Made by a program: the position numbers and the translations under genes. From an uncultured Alphaproteobacteria bacterium (GTDB lineage: Bacteria; Pseudomonadota; Alphaproteobacteria; Rhizobiales; Xanthobacteraceae): 64,000 nucleotides of DNA. Below the pieces are notes generated by a model, which made no database searches, was not told the origin of the DNA, and saw nothing but the letters and a program-made list of their open reading frames with translations. Within the stretch, counting starts at the first letter, position 1. Each line of letters opens with the position of its first letter. The DNA is taken from contig CAWAYC010000018.1 in assembly GCA_963786115.1 (NCBI GenBank), forward strand, positions 95,507 to 159,506. Reading direction: 5' to 3'. This document shows, piece by piece, positions 1-9,606 of this stretch.

Positions 1-1063
1 CGAGACGTCGCTGCCGATGGCCGAGGTCGCGCTGGCTTCGGGCTTCAACAGCGTCCGCCGCTTCAACGAAACATTCCGTACGCTGTTCGGGCGCCCGCCG
101 GCGACGCTGCGGCGCGCGCATGACGGCGCAAAGCGCGAAGCCGGCGCGCTGTCGATCCGTCTCGCCTATCGGCCTCCCTATGATTGGGACGCGATGCTGG
201 CCTTCCTCGCGGCGCGCGCCATTCCTGGCGTCGAGATCGTCTCTGACAGCACCTACCGGCGAACGATCATGTTCGGCAGGAACAGCGGCGTGATCAGCGT
301 CACTCCTGATGACAAGCACCGGATCAACGTTCAGGTCCGATTTCCCGACATTTCGGCGTTGCCGCAGATCATCGCGCGGGTGCGACGGGTGTTCGATCTC
401 GCCGCCGACCCTGATACGATCGGCGCGCATCTGGCGCTCGATCCCGCGCTGGCGCCGCTGGTCGCGGCGCGGCCGGGCCTGCGCGTCCCCGGCGCATGGG
501 ACGGTTTCGAGCTCGCGGTGCGTGCCATCTTCGGCCAGCAGATCACCGTTCCCGCCGCGACGAAACTGCTCGGCAAGCTGGTCGCTTCCTTTGGCGATCC
601 GCTGCCGTCGGCCATGCGAGACGGCGAAGGTCTCAGCCACCTGTTTCCCTCGGCGGCGCGTATCGGCAAGGCCAATCTCGCCGCGCTCGGCATGCCCAAT
701 GCGCGGGCGACGGCCGTGATCTCGCTGGCGCAAGCGATTTCGGCCGACCCCGCCATCTTCAGCCGCGGTGCGAGCCTTGAAGACGCAATCGTGAAATTGC
801 GAGCACTCCCGGGGATCGGCGAATGGACCGCGCAATACATCGCCATGCGCGAGCTGCGCGAACCTGACGCGTTCCCGGCCGCCGATATCGGCTTGCTGCG
901 TGCGATGGCGGATGCCGACGGCCGCCGTCCGTCGCCGGCCGAGCTGTTGGCGCGCAGCGAGGGCTGGCGGCCATGGCGGGCCTATGCGGCGCTGCATCTT
1001 TGGGCTGCCGGCGCCCGGCCGCCAGCCTTGTCCGGAAAAACCGATGCGCGCGAAGCCGCCTGA
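1..1063 (+). CDS. alkA: Ada/AlkA-type AraC regulator fused to DNA-3-methyladenine glycosylase II (5' end outside window)
   Basis: AraC HTH tail EVALASGFNSVRRFNETF, AlkA N-terminal YRPPYDW, HhH motif LPGIGEWTAQY, PDAFPAAD, WRPWRAYA. Confidence 0.92.
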   Translation, partial: ETSLPMAEVALASGFNSVRRFNETFRTLFGRPPATLRRAHDGAKREAGALSIRLAYRPPYDWDAMLAFLAARAIPGVEIVSDSTYRRTIMFGRNSGVISVTPDDKHRINVQVRFPDISALPQIIARVRRVFDLAADPDTIGAHLALDPALAPLVAARPGLRVPGAWDGFELAVRAIFGQQITVPAATKLLGKLVASFGDPLPSAMRDGEGLSHLFPSAARIGKANLAALGMPNARATAVISLAQAISADPAIFSRGASLEDAIVKLRALPGIGEWTAQYIAMRELREPDAFPAADIGLLRAMADADGRRPSPAELLARSEGWRPWRAYAALHLWAAGARPPALSGKTDAREAA

Positions 1064-1571
1064 AACCTTCTCACTTGACCGGCTGCAAACGCCGATCGGC
1101 ACCGCCTTGCTCGTCAGCGACGTCGACGGCGTGCTGCGCGCGCTCGACTGGGAGGATTATGAGCCGCGCATGAAAGAGCTGCTGCGGCTGCACTATGGTG
1201 CGGTCACGCTAACGGGTGCGCGGGCGCCGGAAGAAATCCGGACGGCGCTCGCGGACTATTTCAAAGGCGATCTTCATCGGCTGAACACGATCAAATGGCG
1301 CGTCGCCGGCACGCCGTTCCAGCAAAAGGTCTGGAACGCACTGCCCGAAATTCCGTCGGGTACGACCATGAGCTACGGTGCGCTGGCGGCGCAGCTCGGC
1401 ATGCCCAAGGCCATGCGCGCCGTCGGCCACGCCAACGGTTCAAACCCGATCAGCGTCGTCGTGCCCTGTCACCGCCTGATCGGCGCCAATGGTGCGCTGG
1501 TCAAATATGGCGGCGGGCTCGAGCGAAAGCGCTGGCTGTTGCAGCATGAGGGTGTTTCCCTCGCGAGCTAG
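1044..1571 (+). CDS. ogt: Methylated-DNA--protein-cysteine methyltransferase
   Basis: GTPFQQKVW, RAVGHANGSNP and the active-site PCHR motif; ATG at 1044 overlaps the alkA 3' end. Confidence 0.95.
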   Translation: MRAKPPETFSLDRLQTPIGTALLVSDVDGVLRALDWEDYEPRMKELLRLHYGAVTLTGARAPEEIRTALADYFKGDLHRLNTIKWRVAGTPFQQKVWNALPEIPSGTTMSYGALAAQLGMPKAMRAVGHANGSNPISVVVPCHRLIGANGALVKYGGGLERKRWLLQHEGVSLAS

Positions 1572-1631
1572 ATTTTTGTTCTGACGCGTCTTCTTCACGC
1601 GAACCGGTATCCACTTCGCCCGAAAACGCTA
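1569..1631 (-). repeat. 63-bp dispersed intergenic repeat (family D), inverted copy of 27439-27501
   Basis: Reverse complement matches 27439-27501 with about 5 mismatches by eye. Confidence 0.85.
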
Positions 1632-1727
1632 TCGCATCAGCGATGCCCGACATGTCAGGTCCGTAAATCGCCAGACAGCTTTTGGCCGTCCCGGTAACCG
1701 TCTCCATCACATCCAACAAGGAGACGA

Positions 1728-2135
1728 TTGATGACGGACGCTGAAATTCAGGATTTTGTCACCCGGTTCGCCGCCGCCTGGGCGGCGCGAGACGGAAAGG
1801 CCCTTCTCGACCTCTGGCACCCCGAGGGCTCGCTCCATACGCCGCTGGTGAACCGGAGAGTTGCCGGAAACGAGCTCGATCGGCTGATGCAGGTACAAAC
1901 CACGGCGGCGCCGGATTTCGTCTGGCAATTGCTGGACTGGACCTCGCGCGGCGACGTGGTGGTCATCGAATGGCAGACCACGCGCAACGTCAACGGCAAC
2001 AGGTTCGACTGGCGCGGCGTCGACAAGTTTCGCATCAGGAACGGCAAGATCATCGAGGAGCGTGTCTACACCGACACCGCGCCGCTGCGGGCGTTCCGCA
2101 GGGGCGAGAAGCTGGAGGCGATCACCGAGTTCTGA
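1728..2135 (+). CDS. SnoaL-like/NTF2 family protein
   Basis: FAAAWAARD, GDVVVIEW, GVDKFRIRNGKIIEERVY pattern; GGAG SD upstream. Confidence 0.85.
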   Translation: MMTDAEIQDFVTRFAAAWAARDGKALLDLWHPEGSLHTPLVNRRVAGNELDRLMQVQTTAAPDFVWQLLDWTSRGDVVVIEWQTTRNVNGNRFDWRGVDKFRIRNGKIIEERVYTDTAPLRAFRRGEKLEAITEF

Positions 2136-2158
2136 GGGCGGGCGTTCTTCCCAGCGCC

Positions 2159-4957
2159 CTATGCCGCGGGCTTGTCTGCGTTGTCCTCGCTGGCGAGCAG
2201 GTGGATCAGCGCGCTCTTGATCGCGGCCTGCCGCGTCGGCGCGTTGATCTGCGCGCCGAGCAAGTCCGTGACGTAGAACACGTCGCGGGCTCGCTCGCCG
2301 AAGGTCGCGACATGGGCGGAAGCAATATTGAGGTTGAGTTTCGAGATGGCGGTCGTCAACTGATACAACAGGCCGGGTCGATCGAGGCCGGACACCTCGA
2401 TCACGGTATAGCGGTCCGACCAATGGTTGTTGAGGGTGACTTCGGGCTCGACGACGAACGCGCGCATCTTGCCGCTACGGCCGGCGGCGCGCCGGGCGAC
2501 GGCTTCCGGCAGGCGCAATTTGCCTTCAAGCACATCCTCGATCATCTCGCCGATCCGCGTCGCCCGCCGTCCTTCGTCCTCGTCGCGGTCGTATTCCCGT
2601 GAGATCGAGATGGTGTCGAGCGCGCGCCCGTCGGTCGTGGTGTAGATCTGCGCATCGACGATGTTGGCGCCGGCCGAGGCACAGGCGCCGGCGATGATCG
2701 ACAGCAGCCAGGGGTGGTCGGTCGCGAGAATCGTCAGTTCGGTGACGGCGCGCGCCTCGTCGAACCCGACATTGATGGCGAGCTTGTGGCCGGCCTGTTC
2801 GCTGGCGCGGATGAAGCGGGCCTGGCGGATTTTTCGCGGCAGCTCGACCTTGAGCCAATAGGCCGGATAATGCCGGCCGATATAGGCATTGAGCTCCTGC
2901 TCCGGCCATTCGGTGAAGGCGGCGCGGAATTCGGCCTGTGCGACCGCGATGCGCTGCGCGCGGTTCACTTCCGAGAAGCCGCCGGTCAAGACCGGCTCGG
3001 TCTCGTAATAAAGCGTGCGCAACAATTGCGCCTTCCAGCCGTTCCACACCCCGGGGCCGACGCCGCGGATGTCGGCGGTGGTCAGGATCGTCAGCAATTT
3101 CATCTGCTCGACCGACTGGACTACCGCGGCGAAATTCTCGATCGTCTTGCGGTCGGAAAGATCGCGCGATTGCGCGACCGTGGACATCGTCAGATGCTCC
3201 TCGATCAGCCAGGCCACCAGCTCGGTATCGCCGGAATTGAACCCGAGTCGCGGGCACAGCCGCCGCGCCACCTTGGCGCCGGCGATCGAGTGATCCTCCG
3301 GGCGGCCCTTGGCAATGTCGTGCAACAGGGTGGCGATGTAGATCACCGCGCGGTGTTCGGGGCGGATCTTGCGGAACAGATCGCTGGCGACGATGAACTC
3401 GTCATTGCCGCCGCGTTCGATCTCCTGCAGGAAGCCGATACAGCGGAGCAGATGCTCGTCCACCGTATAGTGGTGGTACATGTTGAACTGCATCATCGAC
3501 ACGATCTTGCCGAAGGCGCGGATGAAATGACCGAGCACACCGGTCTCGTTCATCCGCCGCAGCACAGTCTCGGCACCGTTCGACGTCAGAATTTCCATGA
3601 ACAGGCGGTTGGCTTCGCCATTCTCGCGCAGCTGCGTGTTGATCAGCCGCAGCGAGCGCGTCACCGTGCGCATCGCATCGGGATGGAAGGCGAGGTCGTT
3701 CTTCTGCGCCAGTCGGAAGATTCGGATCAGGTTGACCGGGTCATGCTTGAATACATCTGGCGCCGCGAGATTGATGCGGTTGTTGTCGATGATGAAATCG
3801 TCGCTGTCGGGCACCCGCCGCCGCTTGGTGCCCGGCCGCAGCCGCGCCACCACGCGGCTCAGCACCGGCGCCGGCTTCTTCTGCTCGTCTTCCAGCTTGG
3901 CGCACAGGATCGCGGTGAGATCGCCGACGTCCTTGGCGATCAGGAAGTAGTGCTTCATGAAGCGTTCGACGTCCTGCATGCCGGGATGCGAGGTGTAGCC
4001 AAGCCTGACAGCGATCTCGCGCTGCAGATCGAACGACAGCCGCTCTTCGGCGCGGCCGGCGAAGAAATGGATGTTGCAGCGGACCGACCACAGGAAATCG
4101 GCGCAGCGGCGGAACGTGCGGTATTCCTGCGCGTCAAACACGCCGCGCTCCAGCAGCTCTTCGGTCTGGCGCACGCGGTAGACGTATTTTGCAATCCAGA
4201 ACAGCGTGTGCAGGTCGCGCAGGCCGCCCTTGCCGTCCTTGACGTTGGGCTCGACCAGATAGCGCGATTGCCCGGCGCGGCGATGCCGCTCCTCGCGCTC
4301 GGCAAGTTTCGCCGTGACGAATTCGGCCGCGGTGCCCTGCACGACCTCCTTGTCGAAGCGCCCGACCAGCTCGCCGTAGAGCGGCTGGTCGCCGGTCAGG
4401 AACCGCGTCTCCAGAATCGCGGTGCGGATCGTCATGTCGCCGCGCGCCTGGCGGATCGATTCGTCGACCGAGCGGGTGGCGTGCCCGACCTTCAATCCCA
4501 TGTCCCACAGGCAATACAGGATGGCTTCGGCGACCTGTTCGCCCCAGGCGGTCTGCTTGTAGGGCAGGATGAATAACAGATCGATGTCGGATTCCGGTGC
4601 CATCAGGCCCCGGCCGTAGCCGCCGGTGGCAACCACCGCCATGCGTTCGGCGCCTGAGGGAATCGGCGAGTGATAGAGATGCCTCGTGGCGGCGGAATAA
4701 AGGATGCGGATGATCTCGTCCTGCACGAAGCACAGCCGCTCCGCGCAACGCCGGCCATGGCGATCCTTCAGCAGCACGGCCTGCGCGATGGCGCGCGCCG
4801 CCATCAGTTCGGCCTTGAGCAGTTGCGCCACCGCCGCGCGGAACGTGTCCTCGCGGCCGGCGTGCTGTTCCGCGAGCGCATCGACCGCAGCGGTGATCCG
4901 CGCGGTATCGAAACGTCCGTCCACCTCTGGGCGGGCCTCCGCCACGACACTATCCAT
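2159..4957 (-). CDS. glnD: [Protein-PII] uridylyltransferase/uridylyl-removing enzyme
   Basis: GGYGRG..SDIDL NTase motif, EPNVKDGKGGLRD, HD domain (YHHYTVDEH..LLHD), two ACT domains. Confidence 0.98.
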   Translation of the reverse strand: MDSVVAEARPEVDGRFDTARITAAVDALAEQHAGREDTFRAAVAQLLKAELMAARAIAQAVLLKDRHGRRCAERLCFVQDEIIRILYSAATRHLYHSPIPSGAERMAVVATGGYGRGLMAPESDIDLLFILPYKQTAWGEQVAEAILYCLWDMGLKVGHATRSVDESIRQARGDMTIRTAILETRFLTGDQPLYGELVGRFDKEVVQGTAAEFVTAKLAEREERHRRAGQSRYLVEPNVKDGKGGLRDLHTLFWIAKYVYRVRQTEELLERGVFDAQEYRTFRRCADFLWSVRCNIHFFAGRAEERLSFDLQREIAVRLGYTSHPGMQDVERFMKHYFLIAKDVGDLTAILCAKLEDEQKKPAPVLSRVVARLRPGTKRRRVPDSDDFIIDNNRINLAAPDVFKHDPVNLIRIFRLAQKNDLAFHPDAMRTVTRSLRLINTQLRENGEANRLFMEILTSNGAETVLRRMNETGVLGHFIRAFGKIVSMMQFNMYHHYTVDEHLLRCIGFLQEIERGGNDEFIVASDLFRKIRPEHRAVIYIATLLHDIAKGRPEDHSIAGAKVARRLCPRLGFNSGDTELVAWLIEEHLTMSTVAQSRDLSDRKTIENFAAVVQSVEQMKLLTILTTADIRGVGPGVWNGWKAQLLRTLYYETEPVLTGGFSEVNRAQRIAVAQAEFRAAFTEWPEQELNAYIGRHYPAYWLKVELPRKIRQARFIRASEQAGHKLAINVGFDEARAVTELTILATDHPWLLSIIAGACASAGANIVDAQIYTTTDGRALDTISISREYDRDEDEGRRATRIGEMIEDVLEGKLRLPEAVARRAAGRSGKMRAFVVEPEVTLNNHWSDRYTVIEVSGLDRPGLLYQLTTAISKLNLNIASAHVATFGERARDVFYVTDLLGAQINAPTRQAAIKSALIHLLASEDNADKPAA

Positions 4958-5110
4958 GATCCACCCCGATAACGGACGCGGCCTGCGCTGTCACGGGAGA
5001 TTGTAAGCGAACAGTAGGTCTGTGCTGGATATTGTCTCGTTCGGGCAATGCTGTTCTCGCAGGCTGCCGTCCCAGATATGGATTTTCTCGTTGACCTGCA
5101 AGTCTAACTA

Positions 5111-5136
5111 ATTGAAATACAACGTTGTTTTTCAAT
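5111..5136. promoter_or_regulatory. 26-bp near-perfect palindrome upstream of ssuA (candidate operator)
   Basis: ATTGAAATACAACGTTGTTTTTCAAT lies just upstream of the GGAGAGG SD, in the divergent glnD/ssuA region. Confidence 0.5.
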
Positions 5137-5153
5137 GGTTGGAGAGGCTGACG

Positions 5154-6128
5154 ATGTTGCGGATTTCACGGCGCGCTCTGGCTGCGGTCATCGCAGCCGC
5201 GACATTGCTGCCCCATGCGGCCTTCGCGGCCGATGCCCCCAAGGAAATCCGCATCGACTGGGCGACCTACAATCCGGTGTCGCTGGTGCTCAAGCAGAAG
5301 GGCTTGTTGGAAAAGGAGTTCGCCAGGGACGGCATCAATATCGTCTGGGTGCAATCGGCCGGTTCCAACAAGGCGCTTGAATTCCTGAACGCCGGCTCGA
5401 TCGATTTCGGCTCGACCGCGGGCTCGGCGGCGTTGGTGGCGAAGATCAACGGCAATCCGATCAAGTCGATCTATGTCTATTCGCGCCCCGAATGGACCGC
5501 ACTGGTGACGGGCAAGGATTCCAGGATCACAGGCGTCGCCGACCTCAAGGGCAAGCGCGTTGCGGTGACGCGCGGTACCGATCCGCACATCTTCCTGGTC
5601 CGCGCGCTGCTCGATGCCGGGCTGTCCGAGAAGGACATCACGCCTGTGCTGCTGCAGCACGCCGACGGCAAGACCGCACTGATCCGCGGCGACGTCGATG
5701 CCTGGGCCGGCCTCGACCCCATGATGGCGCAGGCCGAAGTGGAAGAGGGTGCCAAGCTGTTCTTCCGCAACGCCGACGCCAACACCTGGGGCATCCTCAA
5801 TGTGCGCGAGCAGTTCTTGAAGGATTATCCCGATGTCGTCCGCCGCGTGCTCGCGGTGTACGAAGAGGCGCGCAAGTACTCCCTCGCCAATTACGACGAC
5901 CTGAAGAAGACTTTTATCGGCGTGACCAAACTGCCGGACGCCGTGGTCGACAAGCAGCTCAAGGAGCGCACCGAACTGACCCACAGCCGGATCGGCGAGC
6001 CGCAGCGTGCCTCCATCCTCGCCGCAGGTCTTGCGCTGCAGCAGGCCGGCGTGGTCGATGCCAAGGTCGATGTGAAGGCGACGCTGGATGCGCTGATCGA
6101 CGATCAGGTCCCGCTGCCGACGAATTAA
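5154..6128 (+). CDS. ssuA: Aliphatic sulfonate ABC transporter substrate-binding protein
   Basis: Signal peptide; DWATYNP, SAGSNKALEFL, GTDPH, VDAWAGLDP; followed by permease and ATPase genes. Confidence 0.9.
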   Translation: MLRISRRALAAVIAAATLLPHAAFAADAPKEIRIDWATYNPVSLVLKQKGLLEKEFARDGINIVWVQSAGSNKALEFLNAGSIDFGSTAGSAALVAKINGNPIKSIYVYSRPEWTALVTGKDSRITGVADLKGKRVAVTRGTDPHIFLVRALLDAGLSEKDITPVLLQHADGKTALIRGDVDAWAGLDPMMAQAEVEEGAKLFFRNADANTWGILNVREQFLKDYPDVVRRVLAVYEEARKYSLANYDDLKKTFIGVTKLPDAVVDKQLKERTELTHSRIGEPQRASILAAGLALQQAGVVDAKVDVKATLDALIDDQVPLPTN

Positions 6129-6204
6129 CACTGCGGTCGTCCCGGGCAAGCGAAGCGCGACCAGGCGGCCCACGCCTTGCAATCCCGTATGAGAAGCGTC
6201 TGCT

Positions 6205-7053
6205 ATGGCTATGACGGTTGAACTGCCAGCGCTGGAACAAACGGACGAAGCTGCGCCGCGCGCGGTCGCGCGCCTGCGCCGGTACGGCCGGTTGGCACTC
6301 GGCCTGCTGCTGCCGATCGGGATTGCGCTTGTCTGGGAAGTCATCGTCTGGCTCGGCTATTCCAACGGCCGCCTGGTGCCGCCGCCGACAAAAGTCTTCG
6401 CCGCCATCGTGGAACTCGCGAAGAGCGGCGAACTGACGCGCCACATTGCCGCAACGCTATCGCGCGTCGCCGCCGGCTTTTTCCTCGGCGTGGCCGCCGG
6501 CACGATCCTCGGCGCGATCTCCGGCTATTGGGACCTGGCGCGACGGCTGCTCGATCCAACGGTGCAGGCATTGCGCGCGATCCCCTCGCTCGCCTGGGTG
6601 CCGCTGTTCATTCTGTGGCTCGGCATTTTCGAGACCTCGAAAGTCGCACTCATCGCCATCGGAGTATTTTTCCCGGTCTATCTTGGCGTGATGGGCGCGA
6701 TCCTGTCGGTCGATCGCAAGATCGTCGAAGTCGGCCGCATCTTCCGCCTCTCTGGACCGGCTATGATCCGGCGCATATTGCTGCCCGCGGTGTTGCCGGC
6801 CTATGTCGTCGCGCTGCGGGTCGGCCTGGGACTGGGCTGGATGTTCGTGGTCGCCGCCGAGCTCATGGGCGCATCCGAGGGCCTCGGCTATCTCCTGCTC
6901 GACGGCCAGCAGCTCGGCAAGCCCGCGCAAATCCTCGCGGCGATCGTGATCTTCGCGATCCTCGGCAAGACCACCGACTGGCTGATCGAGATCGCAAGCG
7001 CGCCGCTGTTGCGCTGGCAGGATGCGTTCGGCCGCCAGGGCGGAGCGGCCTGA
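6205..7053 (+). CDS. ssuC: Sulfonate ABC transporter permease
   Basis: IPSLAWVPLFILWLG, GLGWMFVVAAE, GLGYL motifs. Confidence 0.92.
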   Translation: MAMTVELPALEQTDEAAPRAVARLRRYGRLALGLLLPIGIALVWEVIVWLGYSNGRLVPPPTKVFAAIVELAKSGELTRHIAATLSRVAAGFFLGVAAGTILGAISGYWDLARRLLDPTVQALRAIPSLAWVPLFILWLGIFETSKVALIAIGVFFPVYLGVMGAILSVDRKIVEVGRIFRLSGPAMIRRILLPAVLPAYVVALRVGLGLGWMFVVAAELMGASEGLGYLLLDGQQLGKPAQILAAIVIFAILGKTTDWLIEIASAPLLRWQDAFGRQGGAA

Positions 7054-7838
7054 TGCTCGCGCTCGACCGGGTCGGAAAAACCTATCCTAACGGCGTCAAT
7101 GCGCTGGAACGGTTCACCGCCGAGATCAAGCCGGGCGAAATCGTCGCCATCATCGGCGGCTCCGGTTGCGGCAAGTCGACGCTGTTGCGCGCCATCGCCG
7201 GCCTCGACCGCGCCACCACGGGCAGCGTGACGCTCGACGGAGCCGCGATCGCGGCGCCGCACGCCAAAATCGGCATCATCTTCCAGGAACCGCGGCTGCT
7301 GCCCTGGCTATCGGTCGCCGACAATATCGGCTTCGGCCTGTCGGAGCTGCCGGCCGACGCGAGGCGCGACAAGGTGGCGCGCGTGCTCGCCCGGGTCGGC
7401 CTCGCTGACAAGGCCGACGCATGGCCGCGCGAACTCTCCGGCGGACAGGCGCAGCGGGTAGCGATTGCGCGCGCGCTGGTGCCGCAGCCGGAAGTGCTGC
7501 TGCTCGACGAGCCGTTCTCCGCACTCGACGCCTTCACGCGGCGCGACCTGCAGGATCATTTGCTCGATCTGTGGGCCGACACGCGGCCGACGCTCGTTCT
7601 GGTCACGCACGACGTCGACGAGGCCGTGGTGCTGGCGGATCGCGTGCTTGTGATGCGGCCGCGACCGGGCCGGCTATTTGAGGAGATCAACATCAATCTG
7701 TCACGGCCGCGCGACCGCAATTCGCCTCTGTTCGGCAATTTCAAGCGGCATGTGCTGACCGCACTCGATCGTTCCCTCGACCGCGATGTGCCGGATGCCG
7801 AGGCCAAACCAGCCGCCGGTGGCGCGATGTGGTGGTGA
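7053..7838 (+). CDS. ssuB: Sulfonate ABC transporter ATP-binding protein
   Basis: TGATG coupling to ssuC; Walker A GGSGCGKST, LSGGQAQR signature, LLLDEPF, VTHD. Confidence 0.93.
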   Translation: MLALDRVGKTYPNGVNALERFTAEIKPGEIVAIIGGSGCGKSTLLRAIAGLDRATTGSVTLDGAAIAAPHAKIGIIFQEPRLLPWLSVADNIGFGLSELPADARRDKVARVLARVGLADKADAWPRELSGGQAQRVAIARALVPQPEVLLLDEPFSALDAFTRRDLQDHLLDLWADTRPTLVLVTHDVDEAVVLADRVLVMRPRPGRLFEEININLSRPRDRNSPLFGNFKRHVLTALDRSLDRDVPDAEAKPAAGGAMWW

Positions 7839-8060
7839 CACCGGCGCGATTTCACACTACATCCGGCGAGGAAGAGAAAATCCGGGAGAAGAAAATGGAC
7901 GCCGCCGAACTCCGCGCGATGCAGGCCCCGATCAAGGAGCGTTACAAGTCCGATCCCGCAGCGGCGGTCATCACGCTGAAGGCCAGGGGCTTGATCGAGA
8001 ACGAAGGCATCGCCTGCAGGGCCGAGACCGGACGAGCGCTGGCTGTCGCGGGCCTGCATC
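7440..8060 (+). repeat. Left copy of 621-bp direct repeat (ssuB 3' part plus osmC 5' part)
   Basis: Aligns ungapped with 13932-14552 at offset 6492; about 20 mismatches by eye. Confidence 0.97.
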
Positions 8061-8065
8061 TCTGA
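7895..8065 (+). pseudogene. Truncated 5' fragment of OsmC-family gene
   Basis: MDAAELRAMQAPIKERY..AGLHL then stop; the full-length copy is at 14387-14896. Confidence 0.9.
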
Positions 8066-8069
8066 AAAG

Positions 8070-8245
8070 GGCGCCACCTCGTCCAGCTGCGCGGCTAAGC
8101 AATGACTCCTCGCAAAGCCCCATCTCGTCGCGACCGCGCGCAATGAGATCGACATCTTCGATCGCGATCATCGCCGGCTGAAGAAGGCGGGCGAGATTCA
8201 CGTGCCGGGTAAGCAATGTGACTTGCGCTGCCTCGATGCGGATTC
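8070..8245 (-). pseudogene. Degenerate AAA+ ATPase fragment (Walker B region)
   Basis: Translates to AAQVTLLTRHVNLARLLQPAMIAIEDVDLIARGRDEMGLCEESLL; the hhhhED-D motif resembles FtsH/CDC48-like AAA proteins; no start or Walker A seen. Confidence 0.6.
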
Positions 8246-8627
8246 CTGACTCGTATCCGTACTCACGATATCCGGCGCCGCTCCGCGATCCTGTAGATGG
8301 GCTGCCCGATCCGTGCGCACCGGCAACTGCGTCATAGTGTCACCATGTCACCCTGGCGTCGTCGGTACCAGCATTCGCGACGGCATCAATAACCAAAATT
8401 TAAATCTACGCCGCTTAGTTGTACGGCACGTTCGATCAAACGTTGGCGGGTTGAAGTCCGCGATATGACCAAAAGGAGCGTCTCCGAAGCAAATCCCGTT
8501 TGGCGCACTCTACTGTCCTGCGACCAACCCAAATCCGTTGGTAAGCCTGCTGCGGCATCCGAAATCGCCTAATCGACGGCTGCCGAAAAAAACACTCCTC
8601 AACTTTCAGCAAGAAAGCAAGAAAAGC

Positions 8628-9602
8628 ATGTCCATCACGAAGCGCTCATTTCTCGCCGGGGCTACCACGCTTACTGCCTTCACCGTTCTAACAGGCAAGC
8701 TCCGGGCTGAGCCCGTCAAAACCATCCGGATGGACTTTGCGACTTATAATCCGGTCAGTTTGATCCTCAAAAATAGCGGTTTGCTCGAGAAAGAACTGGC
8801 CGGCGACGGCATCAATGTCGAATGGCTTCCGAGCGCAGGCAGCAACGTCGCCCTCGACTTGTTGAAGAACGATAAAGCGGATTTCGGATCGGCCGCAGGT
8901 GCGGCTGCTCTCATCGCGCGCGCTAACGGCAGTCCTATCAAGTCGATTTACGTGTTCTCGCGTCCGGAGTGGACCGCGCTGGTGGTCGGTGCGGCGTCGC
9001 CGCTGACGGGCCTCGCCGACCTCAAGGGCAAAAAGGTCGCTGCCACCCCCGGTACGGATCCGCACATCTTCTTGCTACGCGCGCTGGAAAGCGTCGGCTT
9101 GACCGACAAGGACATCGTGCTGAAACCGCTGCCCCACGCGGACGGCCGGGTCGCTCTGGAAAAAGGCGAAGTCGACGCCTGGGCAGGCCTCGACCCGATC
9201 ATGGCGCAAAGCGAACTGGTTGCCAAATCCCGACTGCTGTTCCGCGATCCGGTCCTCAACACCTACGGAATCCTCAACGTCCGCGAAGCCTTTGCTGCGG
9301 CCCAGCCCGAGTTGGTCAAGCGTGTGCTGAAAGTCTACGATCAGGCCAGGCTATACGCGGCAGAGCATCCGGACGAGGTGCGCGCGGCGCTGGTCGCGGC
9401 AGCAAAGATCGACGATGCCGTTGCCGCGCGGCAGTTGGAGCGAACCGACCTTCGCAACTCGGTGGTCGGCACCGCGCAAGAGCGCACGATCAGGGCGGCC
9501 GGTGAGGTGCTCAAGAAGAGCGGGATTATCCCCGGAACCGTCGATATCGATAAAGTGGTTGCGGGAATGATCGACCGCTCCTTCGCTCCTGCCAAGGGCT
9601 AA
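8628..9602 (+). CDS. Second SsuA-family sulfonate-binding protein (orphan paralog)
   Basis: DFATYNP, SAGSN, SRPEWTALV, GTDPH and DAWAGLDP shared with 5154-6128; Tat-like leader TKRSFL. Confidence 0.9.
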   Translation: MSITKRSFLAGATTLTAFTVLTGKLRAEPVKTIRMDFATYNPVSLILKNSGLLEKELAGDGINVEWLPSAGSNVALDLLKNDKADFGSAAGAAALIARANGSPIKSIYVFSRPEWTALVVGAASPLTGLADLKGKKVAATPGTDPHIFLLRALESVGLTDKDIVLKPLPHADGRVALEKGEVDAWAGLDPIMAQSELVAKSRLLFRDPVLNTYGILNVREAFAAAQPELVKRVLKVYDQARLYAAEHPDEVRAALVAAAKIDDAVAARQLERTDLRNSVVGTAQERTIRAAGEVLKKSGIIPGTVDIDKVVAGMIDRSFAPAKG

Positions 9603-9606
9603 GCCC

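Noticed and set aside
2714-4576. Long antisense ORFs (also 16767-18680, 24102-25316, 43972-45057, 53803-55023)
   Set aside because: Shadow frames of well-supported genes in high-GC DNA, with no recognisable motifs.
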